Shown here: in pieces, positions 28,466 through 36,760 of the stretch
Position numbering within the stretch: the first letter of the stretch is position 1
Layout of the letters: every line of letters starts with the position of its first letter
Assembly (NCBI GenBank): GCA_001798185.1
Contig: MGRM01000009.1
Location: 85,745 to 149,744, forward strand
Source: Deltaproteobacteria bacterium RIFCSPHIGHO2_02_FULL_44_16
GTDB lineage: Bacteria > UBA10199 > 2-02-FULL-44-16
Direction: 5' to 3'
Length of the DNA stretch: 64,000 bases
Position numbers and translations under genes: made by a program
Notes under the pieces: model-generated
Told to the model about the DNA's origin: nothing
Seen by the model: only the letters and a program-made list of their open reading frames with translations
Database searches by the model: none

Positions 28466-29556
28466 TGGTATCAAAAGGAAACAAAATGGAAGGACTCAAA
28501 CCTCAAGATTGGAAGGATTTACTAAGCGGGGTACGCAATCTTATTATTTCAGCCAGGCGAGCCGCCTCGCGAAGCATTGACACTCTTCAGGTGTTCACCA
28601 GCTTTGAGATCGGACGCCGTGTTGTCGAACATGAACAACTCGGAGAAAAGCGAGCCACTTATGGAAAACACGTGCTTACAAGACTTTCAGAGAGCCTAAC
28701 TCGTGAGTTCGGGCGCGGATTTTCAGAGGACAATCTCTCAAATATGCGGCGTTTTTATCTTGAATATCGGAAATGCTTGCCGAAGATTTCCGAGAAGCCT
28801 TCTCGGAAATCCATTTCCGCGCCAGGCCAGTCAATCTTATCGAATGTCAGCTCTGTTTTGAGCTGGTCCCATTACGTTTTTCTGATGACAATTTCAGACA
28901 AGGATGAACGACAATTCTATGAAATCGAATCTGCCCAAAACGGCTGGTCTCTGCCGGAACTCAAACGCCAGTTCAATTCCAGCCTTTATGAACGTCTGGC
29001 CTTAAGCCGGAACAAGAAAAAAGTCCTGGAGTTGGCCAAAAAGGGCCAATTGATAGAAACTTCCTCCGACCTGATCAAGCAACCCCTTGTGCTGGAATTT
29101 CTCGGCTTGGATGAAAAAAACAAATATGCGGAGTCGGATCTGGAATCCGCCATTATCGATAAACTGGAACATTTTCTGCTTGAGTTGGGCAAAGGCTTTC
29201 TTTTCGAAGCCCGGCAAAAACGTTTCACCTTTGACACCGATCACTTCTACGTTGACCTTGTATTTTATAATCGCCTTCTACGCTGCTACGTGCTCATCGA
29301 TCTCAAGATCGGCAAACTCACCCACCAAGATTTGGGACAGATGCAGATGTACGTCAATTATTTCGACCGCTTTGTAAAAAGGGATGGCGAACATCCCACC
29401 ATCGGCATCATTCTTTGCCGAACAAAAGGTAGTGCCTTGGTTGAAATCACGCTTCCTGAAAAAGCCAACATCTATGCGTCAGAATATAAACTCTACCTCC
29501 CATCGAAAAAAGATCTGAAAAGAAAACTTTTGGCATGGGCCGCAGAGGAAGAATAA
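28462..29556 (+). CDS. DUF1016 / YhcG-family PD-(D/E)xK nuclease-like protein (alternative start at 28486)
   Basis: YhcG-like N-terminal region plus a C-terminal '…FYVDLVFYNRLLRCYVLIDLKIGKL…' (D…[I]DLK) PD-(D/E)xK core. ATGA overlap with the MTase. Confidence 0.6.
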   Translation: MMVSKGNKMEGLKPQDWKDLLSGVRNLIISARRAASRSIDTLQVFTSFEIGRRVVEHEQLGEKRATYGKHVLTRLSESLTREFGRGFSEDNLSNMRRFYLEYRKCLPKISEKPSRKSISAPGQSILSNVSSVLSWSHYVFLMTISDKDERQFYEIESAQNGWSLPELKRQFNSSLYERLALSRNKKKVLELAKKGQLIETSSDLIKQPLVLEFLGLDEKNKYAESDLESAIIDKLEHFLLELGKGFLFEARQKRFTFDTDHFYVDLVFYNRLLRCYVLIDLKIGKLTHQDLGQMQMYVNYFDRFVKRDGEHPTIGIILCRTKGSALVEITLPEKANIYASEYKLYLPSKKDLKRKLLAWAAEEE

Positions 29557-29559
29557 TTC

Positions 29560-31695
29560 ATGATTACCGAAGAAGAATTACAATGGCGACTCTGGACGGA
29601 GACGCCCCAGTTCCCAAATCTGAATGACCATCAAAGACTGGTGGCTCAAAGGTTTTTCGAGCGCCTTAGCGGACAGGATTTCTTCAAACCACTTTATCGT
29701 CATCAATGGGAGGCGATTGCACGTGTTATTCATAATGGTGAAGTACGAGGAAAGTGGGAATGCCTTCTCGATATTGTAACCGGAGGCGGTAAGACCGTCA
29801 TCATGGCTGGTTTGATGTCGTACTTTTGGCAGGTTCGTAAGTGCGAAAAATTCCTGATTCTTGTTCCCAACACCATTGTTCGTGAACGGGTCAAAGACGA
29901 CTTTGAGTTTAATAATCCAGCTAATGCATTCAAAGAATTCCCTTTTTTCTTCAACTCTTGCTCCAGGGTACCTGAACGCCTTGTGTGTAAAGTCCTGCGG
30001 GATGGAAGCGACGCCTCCGGCATCCGTGACGCCCATGTGATTGTCGCAAACATCCATCAACTTTACGAAGGCAAGGGTTCTCCTGCCCTTGAAGTGCTCC
30101 TTGCAGACAAGGTTACACCCGAACTCGTGATTTTTAATGATGAGGCGCATAACGCAGCGGCGGGAGAATATCGGGAAGTGTTAAAACTTTTGCGTCGAAA
30201 AACCGTTGCCCGGATTGACCTGACTGCAACCCCTTACCGCCTCGACAAGCAGGACCTCGATACCTATCCGCCGCTGTATGAATACCATGTGCAGGAAGCC
30301 ATGCGCGATGGAGTGGTAAAACAGATCGTAGTGACCAGACCAGACATCCAGAGCGTCAAACTGCAATATGAAGAGTGGGACGAAAACAATCAGGTGATTC
30401 GCACGCTTGATGCCGAAGAAATGCCCTGGGAGCAGATCGAAAGTGAACTCAGGCGAAGCGGTGCCGTTCGTTTCGTCACGGCAGATAACGCCCGCAGACA
30501 ACAGCTTCAAATTGCAAAAAGCTGTTTGGATTATCAGAAAAAATGTGTCCCTCGCGGAGTGGATGATAAGCCACAATGGGAACCGTTGATGCTGACAGTT
30601 GCACTCTCCCAAAAAGATGCTTTTAAAATTTATGAAACCCTTCAGAAAAAACCATTTGGCTATAAACCAGAAGAATTATTGCTTGTTCACAGCAAACAAG
30701 AAGAACTGCAGAACAGGAAAGCATTTTTGCTTGGACGTAAAGGTCCAGAGGGTTTGAATAAAGAAGATGAAGAGTTATGGCATGAGACACGAAAAGTACG
30801 GGTCATCATTGCTGTTTCTATGTTGCGTGAAGGTTGGGATGTTAGAAATATTGCCATTATTTGCCTTTTTCGCAAATTCAGTTTTCAGAAAAAGGGGGAT
30901 CGGACTTATACAGTTTATGGCCCACAGATCATTGGTCGAGGCCTAAGACGAATCCGCCAGCCCAACGAACGGGATTTTCTGTTTGTCATCGATCATCCGG
31001 CTTTCAATCATGATTGGCTTTGGGAGATTCTTTCAGCTCACAAGTACGCCAAGCCACTGAATCCAGGCGACGCCGTGGAAGATTCTTGTATTGAAGACAT
31101 CCCTCTGGAAAAGCCGAAAATAGAGGAATCGGAGGAGGCCAATAAGGAAGACAAGAAACCGGAATTGGATGTTGAAGATATACTCAATAGTCTCCCTTCC
31201 ATTGATGGCAAGGGTGTTCATCCCATCGCCAATTGGCAAAAACATTTTCGAGAGTTTCCCCTAGCAAAAAAAATATCATCGGCCCTCCAAAGAATTACCA
31301 ATATAAAAAGTCAAAAGCTGGGGGGCGATACAACTGCGCATGTCTTGCCTGAAGAAGAGATTAATATTGAGGAACTCAATGAAAGTGTGGCCGGTCAATA
31401 CAAAGATAAAAAACGGGAAGACTTGATTCGGGAACTCCAAACAGACCTGCTCAACGAGCCTCATCATGCACTGATGCTTTGTTTCAAGATGGAGACCGCC
31501 GAGGAAACGCTTAAGTTGATGCAAGCGCTGGAATGGATTTTGACCGAACTTTTTGCCATTCAGGGGGTTAGTGGTTTGGGCGAATCTCCGGAGGCCCAAT
31601 TGCGTAAACTGCATTTTTCCTTACCCCAGATTTTGGATGAGTTTCGGAAGCCGGAAATCGTCTTGGGCATTCTTGGTGAGGGGTCTGAAAAATGA
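29560..31695 (+). CDS. SF2 DEAH-box helicase, type III restriction Res-subunit-like, lacking a recognisable C-terminal endonuclease domain
   Basis: Motif I 'DIVTGGGKTVIMAG', motif II 'VIFNDEAHNAAA', 'LTATPYR', motif VI 'QIIGRGLRR'. 711 aa. Begins 4 nt after the DUF1016 stop. Confidence 0.7.
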   Translation: MITEEELQWRLWTETPQFPNLNDHQRLVAQRFFERLSGQDFFKPLYRHQWEAIARVIHNGEVRGKWECLLDIVTGGGKTVIMAGLMSYFWQVRKCEKFLILVPNTIVRERVKDDFEFNNPANAFKEFPFFFNSCSRVPERLVCKVLRDGSDASGIRDAHVIVANIHQLYEGKGSPALEVLLADKVTPELVIFNDEAHNAAAGEYREVLKLLRRKTVARIDLTATPYRLDKQDLDTYPPLYEYHVQEAMRDGVVKQIVVTRPDIQSVKLQYEEWDENNQVIRTLDAEEMPWEQIESELRRSGAVRFVTADNARRQQLQIAKSCLDYQKKCVPRGVDDKPQWEPLMLTVALSQKDAFKIYETLQKKPFGYKPEELLLVHSKQEELQNRKAFLLGRKGPEGLNKEDEELWHETRKVRVIIAVSMLREGWDVRNIAIICLFRKFSFQKKGDRTYTVYGPQIIGRGLRRIRQPNERDFLFVIDHPAFNHDWLWEILSAHKYAKPLNPGDAVEDSCIEDIPLEKPKIEESEEANKEDKKPELDVEDILNSLPSIDGKGVHPIANWQKHFREFPLAKKISSALQRITNIKSQKLGGDTTAHVLPEEEINIEELNESVAGQYKDKKREDLIRELQTDLLNEPHHALMLCFKMETAEETLKLMQALEWILTELFAIQGVSGLGESPEAQLRKLHFSLPQILDEFRKPEIVLGILGEGSEK

Positions 31696-32138
31696 TTCAG
31701 TCGAAGAGAGGTATTCTTAAAGGACTCAAGAAAACTCCAAAAGGTGAATCTACTTATGACAGTCTTTTGGAGCGAGATTACATGTTTGAATTGGAAAATA
31801 TGGGTGGCGTGGTTTCATGGACCAAGGACCACGGGATCCGAATTCCCTACAAAATCTTCGGGATCATTTCACGCCACTACTTGCCGGACTTCCTTGTCAC
31901 CTATGCGGACGGGTCAAAGGAGATTCATGAAACCAAAGGTGCTGGCTTTCTCGCCTGGGTTTCCACGCACGCCAAACGGCATGCCGGTGATGCCTGGTGC
32001 CGCCAGCGCGGGATGGTTTACCGGTTTATTGAAAACTCCAAAGGGGCGCTGTTTGCGAAGAATAATAGCTTGTCTCAACTTGAGGGAAGTTCCTCCTTCA
32101 AGCAGAAAAAACAAGTCGGGTCATTTGAAGATTTGTGA
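31692..32138 (+). CDS. Small PD-(D/E)xK-type nuclease-like protein (148 aa), translationally coupled to the helicase
   Basis: 'YLPDFLVTYADGSKEIHETKG' is a D…ExK core. ATGA overlap with the helicase stop. Confidence 0.4.
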   Translation: MIQSKRGILKGLKKTPKGESTYDSLLERDYMFELENMGGVVSWTKDHGIRIPYKIFGIISRHYLPDFLVTYADGSKEIHETKGAGFLAWVSTHAKRHAGDAWCRQRGMVYRFIENSKGALFAKNNSLSQLEGSSSFKQKKQVGSFEDL

Positions 32139-32276
32139 ATGTGACTAGAAATGCGGGCATGGAAATTATTTGAACAATTATTTTACTCCACCTAACGCGT
32201 CTTTCGGGGGGAGTCGTAATAGAAACCGCGCTCCGCCCCAACTCTTTATATTCACCTTCTTTACACCATTGTTAAA

Positions 32277-32711
32277 TTGTTTAAAATTATTATTGCAATA
32301 TCTGTAAGAATGGCTTACTCGTCACAAATGGCCACCAAAGGTGAAAAGAAAAGTGAGTTTCTGAGACACAAGAAAGAGATCGAAGAGACTTACAACCGTA
32401 AACTTGAAGCCCTGTATGAGCTTTATCCTGAGTTCAAAAATACCACATCTTCAATCAATGGCGGCAGTGTTAGCACAAGCTCTTATGGCAGCCTTAAAAA
32501 GGTTTTACATCAAGCCATAGATAGGCGCGAGGGTGAGTTTACTTCGCGTGATCTAAAAAAATGGATCTCCGAGATTGATGCATCTGTGGGGGCGGCGATG
32601 ACACCTGCATCAGTTTCAAATGCGTTGGCGCGACTGAAGAAGGAGCAAAAAATAGAGCAAATTAAAAAGGGAGCAGGATCATCACCATCGATTTTTAAAA
32701 AGAAAAATTAA
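32277..32711 (+). CDS. Hypothetical protein (start uncertain)
   Basis: 144 aa ORF upstream of the HNH gene. Lys/Glu-rich; no recognisable motif. Confidence 0.3.
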   Translation: MFKIIIAISVRMAYSSQMATKGEKKSEFLRHKKEIEETYNRKLEALYELYPEFKNTTSSINGGSVSTSSYGSLKKVLHQAIDRREGEFTSRDLKKWISEIDASVGAAMTPASVSNALARLKKEQKIEQIKKGAGSSPSIFKKKN

Positions 32712-32862
32712 AGGCCAACCGCGCTAACGATTGGCCCTTAAATAGGGGACAGGAAAACCCGTCCACTTGTTCAATGCAAGTACACTTGTAGCGGTTCCCC
32801 TCCATTAAATCAAGAGCCCTTTCGTTTTCCTGTGGGTTCAATTTAAATAGGGAGGTTCTGAA

Positions 32863-33123
32863 ATGAACTTAACTCAAGAACAGCTTAAACAAATTTGGTT
32901 TAAAGCTAAAAACGCAGGTGCAGAAAACGACCGGAATGGCTTTCGTAAAGACAAATACGGAGCTTGGATAAAATGGTCTGACTACGGCAACAGAAACAGT
33001 CAATATGGATGGGAAGTTGACCACATTATTGCCACCGCAAATGGTGGGTCTGACACTATGAGCAATCTTTGCCCACTGCATTGGAAAAACAACGCATCCA
33101 AAAGCGGCAGCAGATTCTTATAG
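32863..33123 (+). CDS. Small HNH endonuclease
   Basis: 'YGWEVDHIIATANGGSDTMSNLCPLHWKNNASK' H-N-H core. GGGAGG RBS 6 nt upstream. Confidence 0.65.
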   Translation: MNLTQEQLKQIWFKAKNAGAENDRNGFRKDKYGAWIKWSDYGNRNSQYGWEVDHIIATANGGSDTMSNLCPLHWKNNASKSGSRFL

Positions 33124-33237
33124 CTTGAATGTTAATGGCCTTCAGAATAAAACGACGGTAGCTTGCAATGCCGTCGTTTTTATTTTGCAAGCAAACTGCT
33201 TGGGCGCCAGATATCAAGGATATTCCCTAGAGTGAGC

Positions 33238-33336
33238 ATGATGAAACACTACATCACCGCCACTGACCTCTATAATTTCAAAAAATGCGCTTATTGGCCG
33301 TACATGGATGGCAATACGTTGATAAAAGCACTTTAA
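33238..33336 (+). pseudogene. Orphan duplicated 5' fragment of the TM0106-type nuclease gene (encodes MMKHYITATDLYNFKKCAYWPYMDGNTLIKAL*)
   Basis: Its first ~23 codons are ~85% identical at the DNA level to 34580-34650, the N-terminus of the downstream nuclease ORF. It terminates after 32 codons. Confidence 0.4.
33244..33315 (+). repeat. Direct repeat DR-L (~70 bp) flanking the DUF4143 ATPase gene
   Basis: aaacactacatcaccgccactgacctctataatttcaaaaaatgcgcttattggccgtacatggatggcaat, matching 34580-34652. Confidence 0.55.
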
Positions 33337-33426
33337 AATCAATTGGTTATAAATAAATAAGCTCTGCGAAATATATGATGTTTTCAGCAACACCATTGCG
33401 TATTTTTTAACTTCTGTTAGGCTCTC

Positions 33427-34581
33427 ATGATGGTGGATTACACACGTATTCTTGACCTTCAAACTCCTCTCAAACGGAAAAGCCTTTTTCTTTTTGGGCC
33501 TCGCCAGACGGGGAAAACCTTTTATCTCAAGAAAACTTTTCCCAATATCCCTTTTTATAATTTGCTTGAGTCGAAAACATTTCTTCGGCTGAGTCAGCGC
33601 CCTCATTTACTCCGAGAAGAATTGATGGCAACTGCATCCGCGAATCCGCTGATTATTATAGATGAAATACAAAAACTTCCTCTTTTGCTTGATGAAGTTC
33701 ATTCATTGATTGAGGAAAAGAAAATGAAGTTTATTTTAACGGGGAGCAGCGCGCGGAAGTTAAAAAGAGGTGGAGCCAATCTTTTGGGAGGTCGGGCAAC
33801 AACGCTTCACCTCTATCCATTAGTTTCCGCTGAAATTCCCAATTTTGATTTGATCCGAGCTTTAAATTGGGGAACACTTCCTTCTCTTTACCCCTCTGAC
33901 GACCCGGAAAACGATCTTCATGATTATGTCGGAAATTATCTCAAAGAAGAAATCCAGGCGGAGGGGTTGGCGCGAAACATCGGAAATTTCTCTCGTTTTC
34001 TCCAAACAGCATCACTCTGCAACGCGGAACAAACTCATTTTACAAATATTGGAAACGATGCCCAAATATCGCCTCGCACTGTAGCGGAATATTTCTCCAT
34101 CTTGGAAGACACACTCATCGGATACATTTTAGAGCCCTATACAAAGACGAAAAAACGAAAGGCAGTTTCTACCGCGAAATTCTATTTTTTTGATTGCGGC
34201 GTTTGCAACGTTTTGGCCGGACGAAGAAACATCAGTCCAAAAACAGAACTGTTCGGAAAGTCGTTTGAGCAATTTATTTTTACAGAATTGAAAGCCTATC
34301 TTTCCTATAAGCGGGATTCCCGGCCGCTTACTTTTTGGAAATCCCAAATATCAGATTACGAAGTTGATTTTTTGATCGGAGATGAAATTGCCATTGAAGT
34401 AAAAGGTTCTGAATTGATTACAGAACGCCATTTAACGGGTATTAAGGCTCTTAAAGAAGAGTTGAAATTGAAAAAGAACATTATTGTTTCCATGGATGAA
34501 AAACCTCGAAAATTGGACGGCATTGATATTTTCCCCGTTTCTCATTTCCTTGAAATGTTATGGAGCGGAGAAATTGTCTAA
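33427..34581 (+). CDS. AAA+ ATPase, AAA_14 / DUF4143 family
   Basis: Walker A 'LFGPRQTGKTFYL', Walker B 'LIIIDEIQK', and a DUF4143-like C-terminal region. Confidence 0.7.
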   Translation: MMVDYTRILDLQTPLKRKSLFLFGPRQTGKTFYLKKTFPNIPFYNLLESKTFLRLSQRPHLLREELMATASANPLIIIDEIQKLPLLLDEVHSLIEEKKMKFILTGSSARKLKRGGANLLGGRATTLHLYPLVSAEIPNFDLIRALNWGTLPSLYPSDDPENDLHDYVGNYLKEEIQAEGLARNIGNFSRFLQTASLCNAEQTHFTNIGNDAQISPRTVAEYFSILEDTLIGYILEPYTKTKKRKAVSTAKFYFFDCGVCNVLAGRRNISPKTELFGKSFEQFIFTELKAYLSYKRDSRPLTFWKSQISDYEVDFLIGDEIAIEVKGSELITERHLTGIKALKEELKLKKNIIVSMDEKPRKLDGIDIFPVSHFLEMLWSGEIV

Positions 34582-36088
34582 ACACTACATCACCGCCACT
34601 GATCTCTATAATTTCAAGAAGTGCGCCTATCGACCATTTATGGATTTCAATGGGGATCTATCGTTGAAAGTCGACGTGCATCCGCTCGTGAAACTGCTGT
34701 GGGAATCGGGAGTGCAATATGAAGCAAAGGTCATTGAATCGTATCAGCGAGATCATTCCGAAAAATCGTTTCGTGCAATCGATCCTGAGAAGCCGGCATC
34801 CGAAGCTTTGGCCAAGGAAACGCTCAAAGCAATGCAAGATGGGATTGATATCATTTATCAAGGTGTTTTGATTTCAGGAAATAAACTCGGTCGTCCTGAT
34901 CTGCTTCTGAAAACACCGGGATCTTCGTCGCTCGGCGCGCATCATTATTATCCGATGGATATTAAACTCACTCGCATTGATGCGACATGGGATGATGGCA
35001 ATGAAAAGGTTCCCATAGAACAATTCTGGCAAATCTATTTTTATGGTGAACTTTTAGAGCACGTTCAAGGCAAGCGACCAGAGAAAGGTTATATCTATAA
35101 GACCAAGTCGCGCATTCTTCCGATTCCTCTTTATAAAGCTCCCAAGAATTACGAATGGTCAGTGAATCAATTAGAAAATTATCTTCAGGGAAATGCGTTC
35201 GGAGCAGAGCCAACGATCAACAGCAATTGCGGCTTATGCGACTGGAAAGATTCATGTCGAAGTTGGGCCGATGAAAAACAGGATATTTCACTCGTCTATT
35301 ATGTTGGTCAGGCAATGAAACTCGGACTCAATCAACTCGGCATTCGTTCGATCGAAGATCTTGCGGCGCAAGATCCAGACTATTTGACGAGAAAAGTTAT
35401 AGAACTGAAAAACCAAGGATTCTTTTGGAATGCAATGCCCGCCGATCTCCCTGCAAAATCTGTTGTGCGCGCGAAGATTCACCTGAGCAAAAAACCGGTC
35501 ATCCATAACCCCATCACTTTTCCTGATGCTGAAAAAGAGATTCATTACGATATCGAAGATGACCCAACACAGGATTTTGTCTATTTGCACGGCGCCTTGC
35601 TTATCGAGAAAGGGAAAGAGCCAAAGTATTACGCCTTCTTTGCAGAACATCGCGATGAGGAACGCACCATCACCGAACACCTGTTTGATTTTTTCAATCA
35701 GCACCCGGATGCGACTGTGTATCACTACAGTGATTACGAAAAGACAACGCTTAAGCGACTCATCAGTAAGCATCAACTCGATTCGACATCGTATGAACGA
35801 TTGTTCGGTAAAAATGGAACAGCAATCGATCTTTATAAAATTGTCACCGAGAATACTGACTGGCCGCTGACAAGCTATGGCGTCAAGGCGATCTGCAAGT
35901 TTTTGGGATTTCAGTGGGATGCCAGTGATGCTGGTGGCGCCGCATCGATTGTCTGGATGAATGAATATTTAAGCGGACATACAAGCATGAAAGAGAAAAT
36001 ACTCCGATATAATGAAGACGATTGTCGGGCGACCTCTTTTCTCAAAAACGAACTCATCAAAATGCAAAATCACACGAACGATGTGTAG
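34484..36088 (+). CDS. RecB-family nuclease, TM0106-like (Cas4/RecB-like N-terminal domain with Cys cluster, RNase-H-like C-terminal domain). Start ambiguous.
   Basis: Conserved N-terminal 'HYITATDLYNFKKCAYRPFMD'; Cys cluster 'CGLCDWKDSC'; C-terminal 'HYDIEDDP…VYLHG' RNase H-like. No ATG immediately precedes the conserved N-terminus, so the only in-frame ATG (34484) overlaps the ATPase gene. Confidence 0.5.
   Translation: MFPWMKNLENWTALIFSPFLISLKCYGAEKLSKHYITATDLYNFKKCAYRPFMDFNGDLSLKVDVHPLVKLLWESGVQYEAKVIESYQRDHSEKSFRAIDPEKPASEALAKETLKAMQDGIDIIYQGVLISGNKLGRPDLLLKTPGSSSLGAHHYYPMDIKLTRIDATWDDGNEKVPIEQFWQIYFYGELLEHVQGKRPEKGYIYKTKSRILPIPLYKAPKNYEWSVNQLENYLQGNAFGAEPTINSNCGLCDWKDSCRSWADEKQDISLVYYVGQAMKLGLNQLGIRSIEDLAAQDPDYLTRKVIELKNQGFFWNAMPADLPAKSVVRAKIHLSKKPVIHNPITFPDAEKEIHYDIEDDPTQDFVYLHGALLIEKGKEPKYYAFFAEHRDEERTITEHLFDFFNQHPDATVYHYSDYEKTTLKRLISKHQLDSTSYERLFGKNGTAIDLYKIVTENTDWPLTSYGVKAICKFLGFQWDASDAGGAASIVWMNEYLSGHTSMKEKILRYNEDDCRATSFLKNELIKMQNHTNDV
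34580..34652 (+). repeat. Direct repeat DR-R (~70 bp), coinciding with the conserved N-terminal coding region of the nuclease gene
   Basis: aaacactacatcaccgccactgatctctataatttcaagaagtgcgcctatcgaccatttatggatttcaatgggg. Confidence 0.55.
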
Positions 36089-36251
36089 CATTTTTTCACT
36101 TTCTGTACAGAATCACTCCACTTTCATTTTTGTAACTCACTGATTTTCAATAGCTAACACTGGCATTACTTTTGCTTTGTCTTTCTTTGACAATAAAAAG
36201 GAGGAGTGCCATGAGTGATCTCAGCTTGAACATACCTCCTAAGGAACATAT

Positions 36252-36704
36252 ATGCCCTGTAACGATGTGACAGACTCTTTAAAACTGACCCTTGATGAAC
36301 ACGACCACATTTTGAGCTATGAACTTTCAAAACGGACGTGTGGCGCCGAAGTTGGGGAGCTGTCGCTCATTTCTGATTGGATTAAAGAAAAAAAGATCAG
36401 CGAAATCCTTAGCACACCAGCAGAACACTTTTTGGAAGAATATCTTCCCCCAAAAGATGACATTGAAGAGTTTCTCTTCTTAAAACATTTCTTCTCGATT
36501 CAAAATGGTTTGCGATCTCTCTTAGGAGATGTCTCTGCAACGAACCAAGATGTCTGCACGGTGGACGGTGTCGAACAAGATGGAAATCTCACCCACCTTA
36601 TGGCTTCGCTCAAAGTCGATTTGATCACGAAGGAAATCAAGTCCTGCGCCGGTTGCGCTTGCACGAAAAAACGAGATGAGCGAAGAGCCAAAAGAGGTTT
36701 TTAG
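36252..36704 (+). CDS. Hypothetical protein (Cys-containing C-terminus CAGCAC)
   Basis: 150 aa ORF upstream of the DtxR-family gene. A 19-codon uORF with a strong SD overlaps its start. Confidence 0.3.
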   Translation: MPCNDVTDSLKLTLDEHDHILSYELSKRTCGAEVGELSLISDWIKEKKISEILSTPAEHFLEEYLPPKDDIEEFLFLKHFFSIQNGLRSLLGDVSATNQDVCTVDGVEQDGNLTHLMASLKVDLITKEIKSCAGCACTKKRDERRAKRGF

Positions 36705-36722
36705 CATATCCCATCTTTTTGT

Positions 36723-36750
36723 TTGACATATAAAACACTTGCTCTATAAG
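36723..36750 (+). promoter_or_regulatory. Candidate sigma70 promoter TTGACA-16-TATAAG for the DtxR-family gene
   Basis: ttgacatataaaacacttgctctataag ends ~10 bp upstream of the ATG at 36761. Confidence 0.35.
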
Positions 36751-36760
36751 CAGGCGCATT

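Noticed and set aside
29560-31695. Looked for a PD-(D/E)xK, HNH or PLD endonuclease motif in the C-terminal ~250 aa of the DEAH helicase, as expected for a type III Res subunit
   Set aside because: No convincing motif was found by eye. The region is acidic/helical ('…EESEEANKEDKKPELDVEDILNS…'), so the nuclease is proposed to be supplied in trans. Sensitive profile searches are needed before calling it absent.
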